18,899 nucleotides of DNA from a virus. Location: IMG/VR virus record IMGVR_UViG_3300045988_024633; one strand, 5' to 3'. Under the pieces are notes generated by a model. That model had not been told where the DNA came from, searched no databases, and saw only the letters and a program-made list of their open reading frames with translations. Below, piece after piece: positions 1 through 6,821 of the stretch. The stretch's first letter is position 1, and every line of letters begins with the position of its first letter. The position numbers were made by a program, and so were the translations under genes.

Positions 1-210
1 GGCGTGTCGTTTTTTTTATTGACACTGTGTCAATGGTTGTATATACAACAGTCCATGTCCCGCTAAGTTACGGTAACGTAACCGTAGCTTACTGCTCGGC
101 CGGTAGTTGTCTTTTAATATTTTGCTTTGTTTTGTTTTCGGGCGTGTCGTGTTTTTGTTTGTGTTATAGTGTAGTTATCAGCTTCAAGGGAAAGGAAATA
201 AAATGATTAA
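1..210. repeat. Left inverted terminal repeat (210 bp)
   Basis: Checked by hand: 1..210 is the exact reverse complement of 18690..18899. Identity ends after ATGATTAA, which is the first 8 nt of the CDS at each end. Confidence 0.97.
162..170 (+). promoter_or_regulatory. Extended -10 promoter element TGTTATAGT in the left ITR
   Basis: A TGn + TATAGT motif lies 33 nt upstream of ATG 203. It is followed by the SD AGGGAAAGGAAA. There is no good -35, as is usual for extended -10 promoters. Confidence 0.5.
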
Positions 211-460
211 GTTTAATGCTTACGTTATCGAGATTGAGCCGGATAATGTATATAAAGTCAGTATCGAAGATGTGTATACCGGTACTGTTCGTGATAATGG
301 TTTGATTGATGATTTTGTTACCACTTTTGATTCCGCTCTCTCTTTGGTTATTGAGTTAACGTTGAGCTTTGATTATGATTATATTGAGGTTGATCAGGGT
401 CTCTCGAAAAAGGGGCGTCCTCTTCGTAAGTACGTTATCTCGATTGATAACGGCGACTGA
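203..460 (+). CDS. Small acidic early protein, 85 aa, unknown function
   Basis: This is the only plus-strand gene. Its ATG and SD lie inside the ITR. It has 16 D/E versus 8 K/R. A hairpin terminator follows at 471..503. Confidence 0.75.
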   Translation: MIKFNAYVIEIEPDNVYKVSIEDVYTGTVRDNGLIDDFVTTFDSALSLVIELTLSFDYDYIEVDQGLSKKGRPLRKYVISIDNGD

Positions 461-470
461 TATATAAAAG

Positions 471-503
471 TAAAGCACCTAGGCCAACAGCCTAGGGGCT
501 TTA
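471..503. terminator. Bidirectional intrinsic terminator between convergent genes
   Basis: The arms TAAAGCACCTAGGC and GCCTAGGGGCTTTA form a 14-bp stem with one mismatch and a CAACA loop. T-rich sequence follows on both strands (CTTTTATATAT on minus, CTTATG on plus). Confidence 0.7.
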
Positions 504-509
504 CTTATG

Positions 510-1157
510 TCATACGAGGTATTGTGTCGTACCGTTCACGGCTTTTAGTGCGATATATCGTGTTTTGCCTGAACCGCCTACGTAGTGTGCCCAAATGTAG
601 CCGTCCGCAATGGTGGTGCCGCTCATGAGGTTGACCGTCTGTCCTTTGCGGTATTGCGCCACGACTTGACTGTGAATGCTTGGCGCCGAGCGTACGTTGA
701 GCACTGGAACGTTGACACTATAGGTGTGTGCGGCAGTGGCGGTATTGTTGCCGCTGTTGCGTGGGTGAAAGTAGCCTATGATACCCCTTTTACCGATATT
801 GACATATCCGGCACGGTTGGGGTTTTGACTGACAGTCTGTAGAGTGCCGTTGCCATTATCCCGTACTACGATGGCGACATGGTTCATTCCGCTGCGTTTC
901 CAGAACGCCACGTCACCGTAAACGGGCGTGTAGTTGGCTGACTCTTTGGTGAAAGTGTTTTGCAGTGCGCGAGAGCGTCCGTAACGTGCCGTGTATACGC
1001 TTGCCGCGTATCCGTCTACGGTGTTCGTGTCGGCCCGCGGAATGCCGTATACGTATTGAGCGTAGGAACTCCATAAGTCCCAGCACTGCCCTCCATACGC
1101 TTCGTCCATGTCAATGGTTTTGCCGTTGACTGAGTTAATCCACTCTTGGATATTCAT
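510..1157 (-). CDS. Endolysin: N-terminal CHAP peptidase/amidase plus C-terminal SH3b cell-wall-binding domain (215 aa)
   Basis: The CHAP signature is DEAYGGQCWDLW (catalytic Cys) and later HVAIV (His). The C-terminus LNVRSAPSIHSQVVAQYRKGQTV is SH3b-like. I set the start to ATG 1157, preceded by AAAGGAGCAGG; the track start at 1211 is a GTG with no SD. Confidence 0.85.
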   Translation of the reverse strand: MNIQEWINSVNGKTIDMDEAYGGQCWDLWSSYAQYVYGIPRADTNTVDGYAASVYTARYGRSRALQNTFTKESANYTPVYGDVAFWKRSGMNHVAIVVRDNGNGTLQTVSQNPNRAGYVNIGKRGIIGYFHPRNSGNNTATAAHTYSVNVPVLNVRSAPSIHSQVVAQYRKGQTVNLMSGTTIADGYIWAHYVGGSGKTRYIALKAVNGTTQYLV

Positions 1158-1344
1158 TTTTTCCTGCTCCTTTACACGGTTTGAGTCAAGTACAATACTG
1201 CCGTGAGCCACGGTATTATAGTGATCAGCATGAGTTGGACAGCTCCTTTACGATACCGCTGCGCAGTCTTGAGACGCGATAGGCAGTATGCTGACCACCC
1301 TATAATAGCTAAAATGCTGAGCATGTCGAACGCTAGTATTCGGT

Positions 1345-1710
1345 TCATTTGTTGCCGTGCTTTGGTTGAGTGTTGTTCTGTGCGAAAATCTGCATGAATG
1401 GCGCGTCCGCTAATTCCGGATTAATTACGGTGATGTTTTCCAGGATCGAAGTGAGTTCGATCAAGCATATTCCGCCAACCGTGCAAACGAATACAGATAC
1501 CGGCAGTCCCAAGTCAACGTGTAGGTTAATTGCGTCGATAAACCATGCCACTAGTACGAGGATAATATAAGCGAGCTTGTGACCTAATCCTTCACGCATT
1601 TTCTTGGAACTCAGATTATCCTGCATGATGGCTTTCGCCACGCCGGTTACGTAATCGGTGGCAATGAAGAACGTCACTGCGATAGCGCACCATACATTCA
1701 CTGTGGTCAT
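1345..1710 (-). CDS. Holin (phage holin family 4 / LL-H-like), 121 aa
   Basis: There are three hydrophobic segments. The motif CLIELTSILENI is typical of this holin family. The C-terminus is polar and charged. The gene lies next to the endolysin, and the SD AGGAAGGAA sits 8 nt before the ATG. Confidence 0.8.
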   Translation of the reverse strand: MTTVNVWCAIAVTFFIATDYVTGVAKAIMQDNLSSKKMREGLGHKLAYIILVLVAWFIDAINLHVDLGLPVSVFVCTVGGICLIELTSILENITVINPELADAPFMQIFAQNNTQPKHGNK

Positions 1711-1725
1711 TGTTGCTGTTCCTTC

Positions 1726-2793
1726 CTATTTGCCCAGTAGTTCGCCGATAATCAAGCCAAAGTCGGCTTTGACCTGCGAGTTGTCAAAACGTATTTTACC
1801 AAGTCGATATCCGGTTGTCAGTCGCCTTATTATATCGTCCGACTTTTTGACATACCATGTTTTTTCGTCAACGTGGTTCGGGTCGAGTGTGTAGACGGGG
1901 CGGTTGTTGTCTTTTGGAATACGCCGTGAAACATATTGTGAAACATGCCCGTCGCGTTCGGACACGGATAACCATATGCCGAACTGCGCATAGTCGGTAG
2001 TGTCCAAAATGTAGGACAGCTCGCCGTCTGAGGGTATTGGCGCCATCAAAGTGTCTGACTCGTCGCGGAATTTATTGCGTATGGCGTAGTCGGCATAGTC
2101 GCCGTCGTACCGTTCCAGGAATCTGCCGAACCTGGATTGCGCGACTTTTGCCGAGAAACCGCCATAGTCGGCCAGTTCGAGACAGATAAAGCCACCACAG
2201 TAAAGCTTGTATTGTTGCTGGTTGGCTTGTTGTGCTCCAATGTCGAGCCGGTATTTGGCGAAATACGGGTTGGCTTTTTGAACTGCGTTTGATAAGAATA
2301 GAACTTTTGTCCTATCCTGCCAACGATCAACGGTATTATAAAACTCGCTGAACGAGTTTACCTCATTGCTCAAAAAGCGCAGGTTGTCTGGGAAAATCTC
2401 GTCAAAGATAATGAGATGTACTTTTGGATAGGCGACTGATTTCAGCCCGCCCGCCTGACTGAGTGCGACGAAATAGCAGCACGTACGCCAATCCTTCTCG
2501 TCCCACGACGCTTTATGAATCTGCCCTTTTTCGCCATTGACTCGAAACTCATAGGACGGGAAGAACTCTTGGATGTCCTTGAAAAAGGTCTCTTTGCGGT
2601 GCTGTTCCACGTCGGTTCGACGCAGATAAATGAACTCATGGCCGTGCTTGAGATATTCCTTGATACCATACCGTTTCGCGGCGAACGTTTTGCCTAGGCC
2701 ACGCGCGCCGATAATGAAATTCCACGTGGCATTCCGTGTCAACAGATCGTGCAGATCGTAATAATCGTGTTCGTCAAGCGTTTGCAATGTCAT
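1726..2793 (-). CDS. DNA encapsidation ATPase (phi29 gp16-like), 355 aa
   Basis: Walker A is GARGLGKT and Walker B is HLIIFDE. Blocks NFIIGARGLGKTFA, FIYLRR, FLSNAVQKANPYF and GKIRFDNSQV match my recollection of gp16. There is no nuclease domain, as in phi29. The SD is AGGAGGG. Confidence 0.9.
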   Translation of the reverse strand: MTLQTLDEHDYYDLHDLLTRNATWNFIIGARGLGKTFAAKRYGIKEYLKHGHEFIYLRRTDVEQHRKETFFKDIQEFFPSYEFRVNGEKGQIHKASWDEKDWRTCCYFVALSQAGGLKSVAYPKVHLIIFDEIFPDNLRFLSNEVNSFSEFYNTVDRWQDRTKVLFLSNAVQKANPYFAKYRLDIGAQQANQQQYKLYCGGFICLELADYGGFSAKVAQSRFGRFLERYDGDYADYAIRNKFRDESDTLMAPIPSDGELSYILDTTDYAQFGIWLSVSERDGHVSQYVSRRIPKDNNRPVYTLDPNHVDEKTWYVKKSDDIIRRLTTGYRLGKIRFDNSQVKADFGLIIGELLGK

Positions 2794-2814
2794 GCTTGCA
2801 ACCCTCCTAAACTA

Positions 2815-2850
2815 GTGGAGGGCGTGCGCCATGACTCGCACGCCCTCCAC
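2815..2850 (-). promoter_or_regulatory. Perfect 14-bp GC-rich hairpin in the leader of the ATPase gene
   Basis: The hairpin is GTGGAGGGCGTGCG, an 8-nt loop, then CGCACGCCCTCCAC. On the minus strand only a weak U-tract (UAGUUUAGG) follows, and that tract contains the ATPase SD. Confidence 0.6.
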
Positions 2851-2909
2851 CAACCTATCATTGGCGGCTGTTCAAGGGAAAGGTCATCACATAACCACCG
2901 CCATTATTA

Positions 2910-2918
2910 AGTATACCA
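2910..2918 (-). promoter_or_regulatory. Extended -10 element TGGTATACT
   Basis: It lies immediately downstream of the tail-lysin stop codon (2923..2925) in a 129-nt intergenic gap. It has the same TGGTATA core as the late promoter at 12988..12996. Confidence 0.45.
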
Positions 2919-2922
2919 CACT

Positions 2923-4146
2923 TTAGAACGCGGGCGGATTAGATTTTCCATCCCAAACCGACAACAACGAGTACGCTTGGTTGTATCGTGTCGTGTACGG
3001 GCCGAACGGAAACGTGCTTAGAATGTTGGTTTTGAGTTGTGCGAGGTTCGACGCTTTCGGCACTTTCAGCGCGTTGGCGGGCGACTGGTGATATGCCGTC
3101 ACCCACAAAATTTGCATCTTGGTATCACTATATTCTTTCGGATAACCTGTGTAATCCTCCGCGAACTGCTTGCGTTGCCCGTCGCGCGACTCACTGCGTC
3201 CTGCCCACGTGCGGAACGCGGCCGCTTCCGCTGAGGTGAGCGAACGTTTGAATGTGCCGCCTGACTCCATGAGTGCCGCGATCTCAGGCGCGGCGGCCTT
3301 GAACGTTGCGTATCCGGCTGAGTCAGCGGCTTTCATGGCGTTGAGCACTTGCAAGCGCCGTTCGAAACTCCATTGCGCGATACCGATGCCTTGGAGGTTG
3401 GCGGCTTCTACCGCATCCCAGCGTAGACCCGCCTCAACCGTGCCGACTACATAGAGGGCGTACGAGTTCTCCGCCGACAAAGATACAGATGGGTGCGCTT
3501 GCCCGCTGTCGCTGGACGGTTGCGATTGTGACGCCTTTTCGAAAAAATTATTGGCGGTTGTTTTGTAAAAGATGCGCGTCCGTGTTCCGGCATTATCGCT
3601 TTCGTGCAGGTAGAGGTTGTCGCCTTGCCAATGTATCCACGCGCCACCACGTGCAGAGTCGGCGGAACCGTGACTATTGTCTCCGGTCGGGTTCTTCTCG
3701 GTCGGAGTCGTGCCACCCCCCTCGCCTAGTGCTTTGGGGTGCAAATAGCCTAAAAATGCCGTCAAGTCGAAACTCATGCGCTGTGCGGGGTTAGGGTTTT
3801 GTGACAATACGGTTATGCGTCCGTTATGCACGCCGTCCTCCATGACGATGGAGACATGAGAGCCGGTGTGTTGGCTTGAGAAATTCCAAAACGCCACATC
3901 CCCTTTTACGGGGCTGTAGTCGGCGGGTTTCTTCTCGAAAATCTGCGCCATCTTCGCGTTGGTCGGGAAACGTGTGTAGTTCCCTTCCGCGTATCCTGTT
4001 GGCGTGATGCAATCGCTTACAGACGCTCCGTACAAGTCCATGCAATATTTGGCCCACAAGTCCCAACACTGTGCCCCGTATGCACCATCCATGTCCCAAT
4101 ACCGGCCCTGCGTCTGCCTAATCCAATCATCAAAAGTAATAGCCAT
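2923..4146 (-). CDS. Tail-associated peptidoglycan hydrolase (functional analogue of phi29 gp13): N-terminal CHAP, Gly/Thr-rich linker, C-terminal lysozyme-like domain; 407 aa
   Basis: The N-terminus DGAYGAQCWDLW...GDVAFW...HVSIV...LSQNPN is paralogous to the endolysin CHAP. The C-terminal VEAG...GIGIAQWSFERR resembles phage tail lysozyme / transglycosylase-like domains, a weaker call. Its position in the tail module fits. Confidence 0.75.
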   Translation of the reverse strand: MAITFDDWIRQTQGRYWDMDGAYGAQCWDLWAKYCMDLYGASVSDCITPTGYAEGNYTRFPTNAKMAQIFEKKPADYSPVKGDVAFWNFSSQHTGSHVSIVMEDGVHNGRITVLSQNPNPAQRMSFDLTAFLGYLHPKALGEGGGTTPTEKNPTGDNSHGSADSARGGAWIHWQGDNLYLHESDNAGTRTRIFYKTTANNFFEKASQSQPSSDSGQAHPSVSLSAENSYALYVVGTVEAGLRWDAVEAANLQGIGIAQWSFERRLQVLNAMKAADSAGYATFKAAAPEIAALMESGGTFKRSLTSAEAAAFRTWAGRSESRDGQRKQFAEDYTGYPKEYSDTKMQILWVTAYHQSPANALKVPKASNLAQLKTNILSTFPFGPYTTRYNQAYSLLSVWDGKSNPPAF

Positions 4147-4168
4147 GCCACCATTATAGTGGCATGGC
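4142..4168 (-). promoter_or_regulatory. Perfect 10-bp hairpin containing the tail-lysin start codon, with a TATAAT loop
   Basis: On the minus strand it reads GCCATGCCAC-TATAATG-GTGGCATGGC. The ATG at 4146 lies in the 3' arm, and the U-rich UAUUACUUUUGAU follows. Confidence 0.6.
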
Positions 4169-4180
4169 TATTGCGGTGGA

Positions 4181-5626
4181 TTAGTGGAAGCAGCTCATAG
4201 AGAAGTCAAAATCGAGATATCCCGCCCCGCCTTCACCTTGCAGCATGTCAATGACGCTGAACGATTGGCCGTCGAACTTGATTTTCACATACGCTTCGTT
4301 GGACTCCTTGACTCCAAAGATTGGTATCCAATTACCAAACCTGCTAGTTGAGTTGACAGTAGCGAACGCGCTGGTATTCCATGCGGTCTTGTTGCCACGG
4401 AATTGAAAATGCACGTTCAAGCCGTCGATGAATACGCCTAGCGAACCGTCCGTCACACCGGATAACGTGACGTTGGTGTAACGCTCGATTCGTTTCGCGC
4501 GTCCGGTTTTGATACCGAGCGCGACATATTGAGCATACGTTTCCGAGCCTTGCGTATTAGGGTGGATATCGGTCATACCGCTCCCCCAAAACAGGCCCCA
4601 CGATGGGGCGTCATATACGACTTTCACGGCTGCGTGGCGTCCGCCTTCGGTCATAACACCATACTTTTGAGCTTGGTCGTAACTTAGCCAAGAATTATCC
4701 CACATCATCGGAATTTGTACGATTTCAGCGTTTGGGAACAATGTTTTGGCAGTGGTGAGCGTGTCGTACACAATGGACTCTGTCACTGCGGATACGGAGT
4801 CGTTGCGGCCACCGCCGATAACTACATATCTCACGGCATTTTTGCTTGCGCCGAGTTCCGCGCTTGCTTGCTGAATCTGCTGTTTGAACGTTTTGCCTTT
4901 CGTGCCGCCAATCGTGTAACCTGAGCCACCAACGGCATAATTCCGGCATTTGAGTCCAAGCAGTCCGGCCGCCTTGACGATCATACTGTCCGTTGCCGGA
5001 TTATCGGTGCGGAAGCCCTCGAAATACGAGTCGCCAATACCCACTAAAAGGGTCTGTTCAACGGGTTTGAGCGCATACTTGCCGTCCGACTCCAATTTGG
5101 TGTAAGTATTGTCCCAGCGGGCTTTTTTGGCTGCCGCATTGTTCACATTGTCAGCGCCAAGTGCGGCGAGTATCGCATTGTTGTTGTTGGCCTTGCCATT
5201 GGCGGTGTCTGCCTTGCTGATCGCGGACGTGGCGTCCGTACTTGCTTTATCCCACTTTGCTTTACTTGCCGTCGCGTGCGCGGTGGTGTCCGCGCCCAGC
5301 GCGGTGAGGATACTACCGTGGGAGGTTGCCTTTTCGGTTGCAGCGGCGGCGCCAGCCATTGCTTTGATGGCGTCCGTACTCGCTTTATCCCACTTGGTTT
5401 TCGCGGTGGTTGCATTGCCTACCGTGTTATCTCCAAGCAGCGCCTTGACCACTTCTTCATCGTGCGTTTCATGCGACTCTACGGCTTCGATGCGATTGAG
5501 ATGCGTTTCGAGTGTAGCGTCAATGGTGCGCATGGAACCGTTGTAGCCGTCCCTCAGGTCTGCGGGGTCATTGTCGCCGTACAAATTCAGGCCGTAATTA
5601 TCGGTTTTGGTGTATACAGTAGCCAT
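4181..5626 (-). CDS. Tail fibre / appendage protein with SGNH (GDSL) esterase domain, 481 aa
   Basis: The N-terminus carries the fibre module YGLNLYGDNDPADLRDGYNGSMRTIDATL. It is followed by three ~46-aa Ala-rich repeats (..LGAD....A.K.KWDKASTDA). The SGNH blocks are GIGDSYFEG (I), VGGSGY (II), GGGRNDS (III) and TDIHPN (V-like). A C-terminal beta-rich domain follows. Confidence 0.75.
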   Translation of the reverse strand: MATVYTKTDNYGLNLYGDNDPADLRDGYNGSMRTIDATLETHLNRIEAVESHETHDEEVVKALLGDNTVGNATTAKTKWDKASTDAIKAMAGAAAATEKATSHGSILTALGADTTAHATASKAKWDKASTDATSAISKADTANGKANNNNAILAALGADNVNNAAAKKARWDNTYTKLESDGKYALKPVEQTLLVGIGDSYFEGFRTDNPATDSMIVKAAGLLGLKCRNYAVGGSGYTIGGTKGKTFKQQIQQASAELGASKNAVRYVVIGGGRNDSVSAVTESIVYDTLTTAKTLFPNAEIVQIPMMWDNSWLSYDQAQKYGVMTEGGRHAAVKVVYDAPSWGLFWGSGMTDIHPNTQGSETYAQYVALGIKTGRAKRIERYTNVTLSGVTDGSLGVFIDGLNVHFQFRGNKTAWNTSAFATVNSTSRFGNWIPIFGVKESNEAYVKIKFDGQSFSVIDMLQGEGGAGYLDFDFSMSCFH

Positions 5627-5630
5627 TTTG

Positions 5631-5813
5631 TCAATCCCTCTCTCGAATTTGAGTTTGCAATTGGGTGAGAATCTGGTCGATCATGCGCATGGAGTGATTG
5701 TAGCCGTCGCGCATGTCCATTGGTGTCGCGTCATTGTAGAGCGGTAATCCCCAGTGTCGCGTCACGTCGTATGCTGCGTGATCTACGGGCGTGGTCTGCT
5801 GACTGTCTGCCAT
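5631..5813 (-). CDS. Short fibre-N-terminal-module protein, 60 aa
   Basis: It contains WGLPLYNDATPMDMRDGYNHSMRMIDQIL, paralogous to the N-termini of the two flanking genes. I set the start to ATG 5813, with GGAGA 9 nt upstream; the track start at 5822 is a TTG. Confidence 0.55.
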   Translation of the reverse strand: MADSQQTTPVDHAAYDVTRHWGLPLYNDATPMDMRDGYNHSMRMIDQILTQLQTQIRERD

Positions 5814-5818
5814 GACTA

Positions 5819-6172
5819 TCAATCTCCGGACGATGTGGTGGATACGAACGGAAGCCCTTCCGCCGTGACCTTGGTGTCGGTAAGGTTTTTGACGGTGTAC
5901 TTTCCGCCACCGGACGCGGGAGTGCGGTTTAGGAAGTGGTTGAGGGCGGTGCCGAGCGCTGCGGCGTTCGATGCGCTCAAGCCGAGAGCTGTGGTGAACG
6001 CTTTCAGACCTTCCGGCAGCGATTCTGGTGTTGGAATTGCGTCAATCCTGTCCGACTGCGTTTTCAGCGTCGTGTCAAGAATGTCCATCGAACGGTTGTA
6101 CGCGCCTTGGAGGTTTGGCGCGTCCGTCGCGTCGTATTTTTCGAGATTATAGTTTTGTGTTTTGCTGGTCAT
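5819..6172 (-). CDS. Short fibre-like protein with the same N-terminal module, 117 aa
   Basis: The N-terminus NYNLEKYDATDAPNLQGAYNRSMDILDTTL shares the module. The SD AGGAAGGA lies 9 nt before the ATG. Confidence 0.65.
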   Translation of the reverse strand: MTSKTQNYNLEKYDATDAPNLQGAYNRSMDILDTTLKTQSDRIDAIPTPESLPEGLKAFTTALGLSASNAAALGTALNHFLNRTPASGGGKYTVKNLTDTKVTAEGLPFVSTTSSGD

Positions 6173-6190
6173 TTGCCGTAATCCTTCCTA

Positions 6191-6790
6191 TTATTTTGCG
6201 GTTTTTATAAAATTGTTTACCACAATGCCGTTGGAGAGGTTTTCAACCGTCAATGGATCGACGGTTTCGCCGTCATCAACATGTACGTCGCGTGGCGTGA
6301 TGCGTGGCTCGTCATTGTGAAAAATGGTTTTGTTGCCGAGCACTGCGAACTCAAGGCACGTGTACGCGGCGGCCATTGGCGTGGATAGTTGTGCCATTTG
6401 GTTGATGCGCGCGCCGAACACTGCCAATTCTCGATACATGTCGCGGTTTGTGTTTTTCGAGTCTTCATACTTGCCACGGGTCGGATTGTAGGTTAAGGCA
6501 GAGTCTTCGTATTGTCCGACTTGCTTTTCCAAATCATCCAAGGTTTTATTGATGCGCTCGAACTGTTCGCTGTAACCGGCTATCAGCTGCTTGATGGCTT
6601 CGACGTCCGCGTTCTCGTCCTTTGCGAGATTGTCCAACTGTTCGCGCAATTCGTTAACATGTTCGGCCACCTCCTGCACGTAACCGAGCACTGTCAACGT
6701 GTCGCGGTACGAGAACGGCTGAACTGTAGTGAAATACCTTTGTCGCGGGTCAATGTCGAGCGGCGCGGCGCACATGTTTAGTCCGTCCAT
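6191..6790 (-). CDS. Tail/collar-associated coiled-coil protein, unknown function (199 aa from ATG 6790; 207 aa if TTG 6814)
   Basis: A central heptad-like acidic segment (EHVNELREQLDNLAKDE...LDDLEKQV) is present. It lies between the collar and fibre genes. GGAGGA sits directly upstream of ATG 6790, and no SD precedes TTG 6814. Confidence 0.6.
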   Translation of the reverse strand: MDGLNMCAAPLDIDPRQRYFTTVQPFSYRDTLTVLGYVQEVAEHVNELREQLDNLAKDENADVEAIKQLIAGYSEQFERINKTLDDLEKQVGQYEDSALTYNPTRGKYEDSKNTNRDMYRELAVFGARINQMAQLSTPMAAAYTCLEFAVLGNKTIFHNDEPRITPRDVHVDDGETVDPLTVENLSNGIVVNNFIKTAK

Positions 6791-6821
6791 AATCCTCCAA
6801 TCTGTCAATGTCAAGTATACT

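Noticed and set aside
510-1211. N-terminal extensions given by the longest-ORF track (510..1211, 5631..5822, 6191..6814, 7634..8578, 8627..10903, 14665..15636, 18250..18564)
   Set aside because: The extended starts are GTG or TTG codons, or ATG codons, without an SD. Some lie inside upstream terminator hairpins. In each case a downstream in-frame ATG has a good SD, and for the 77-aa pair a matching paralog length. 6191..6814 remains the least certain.
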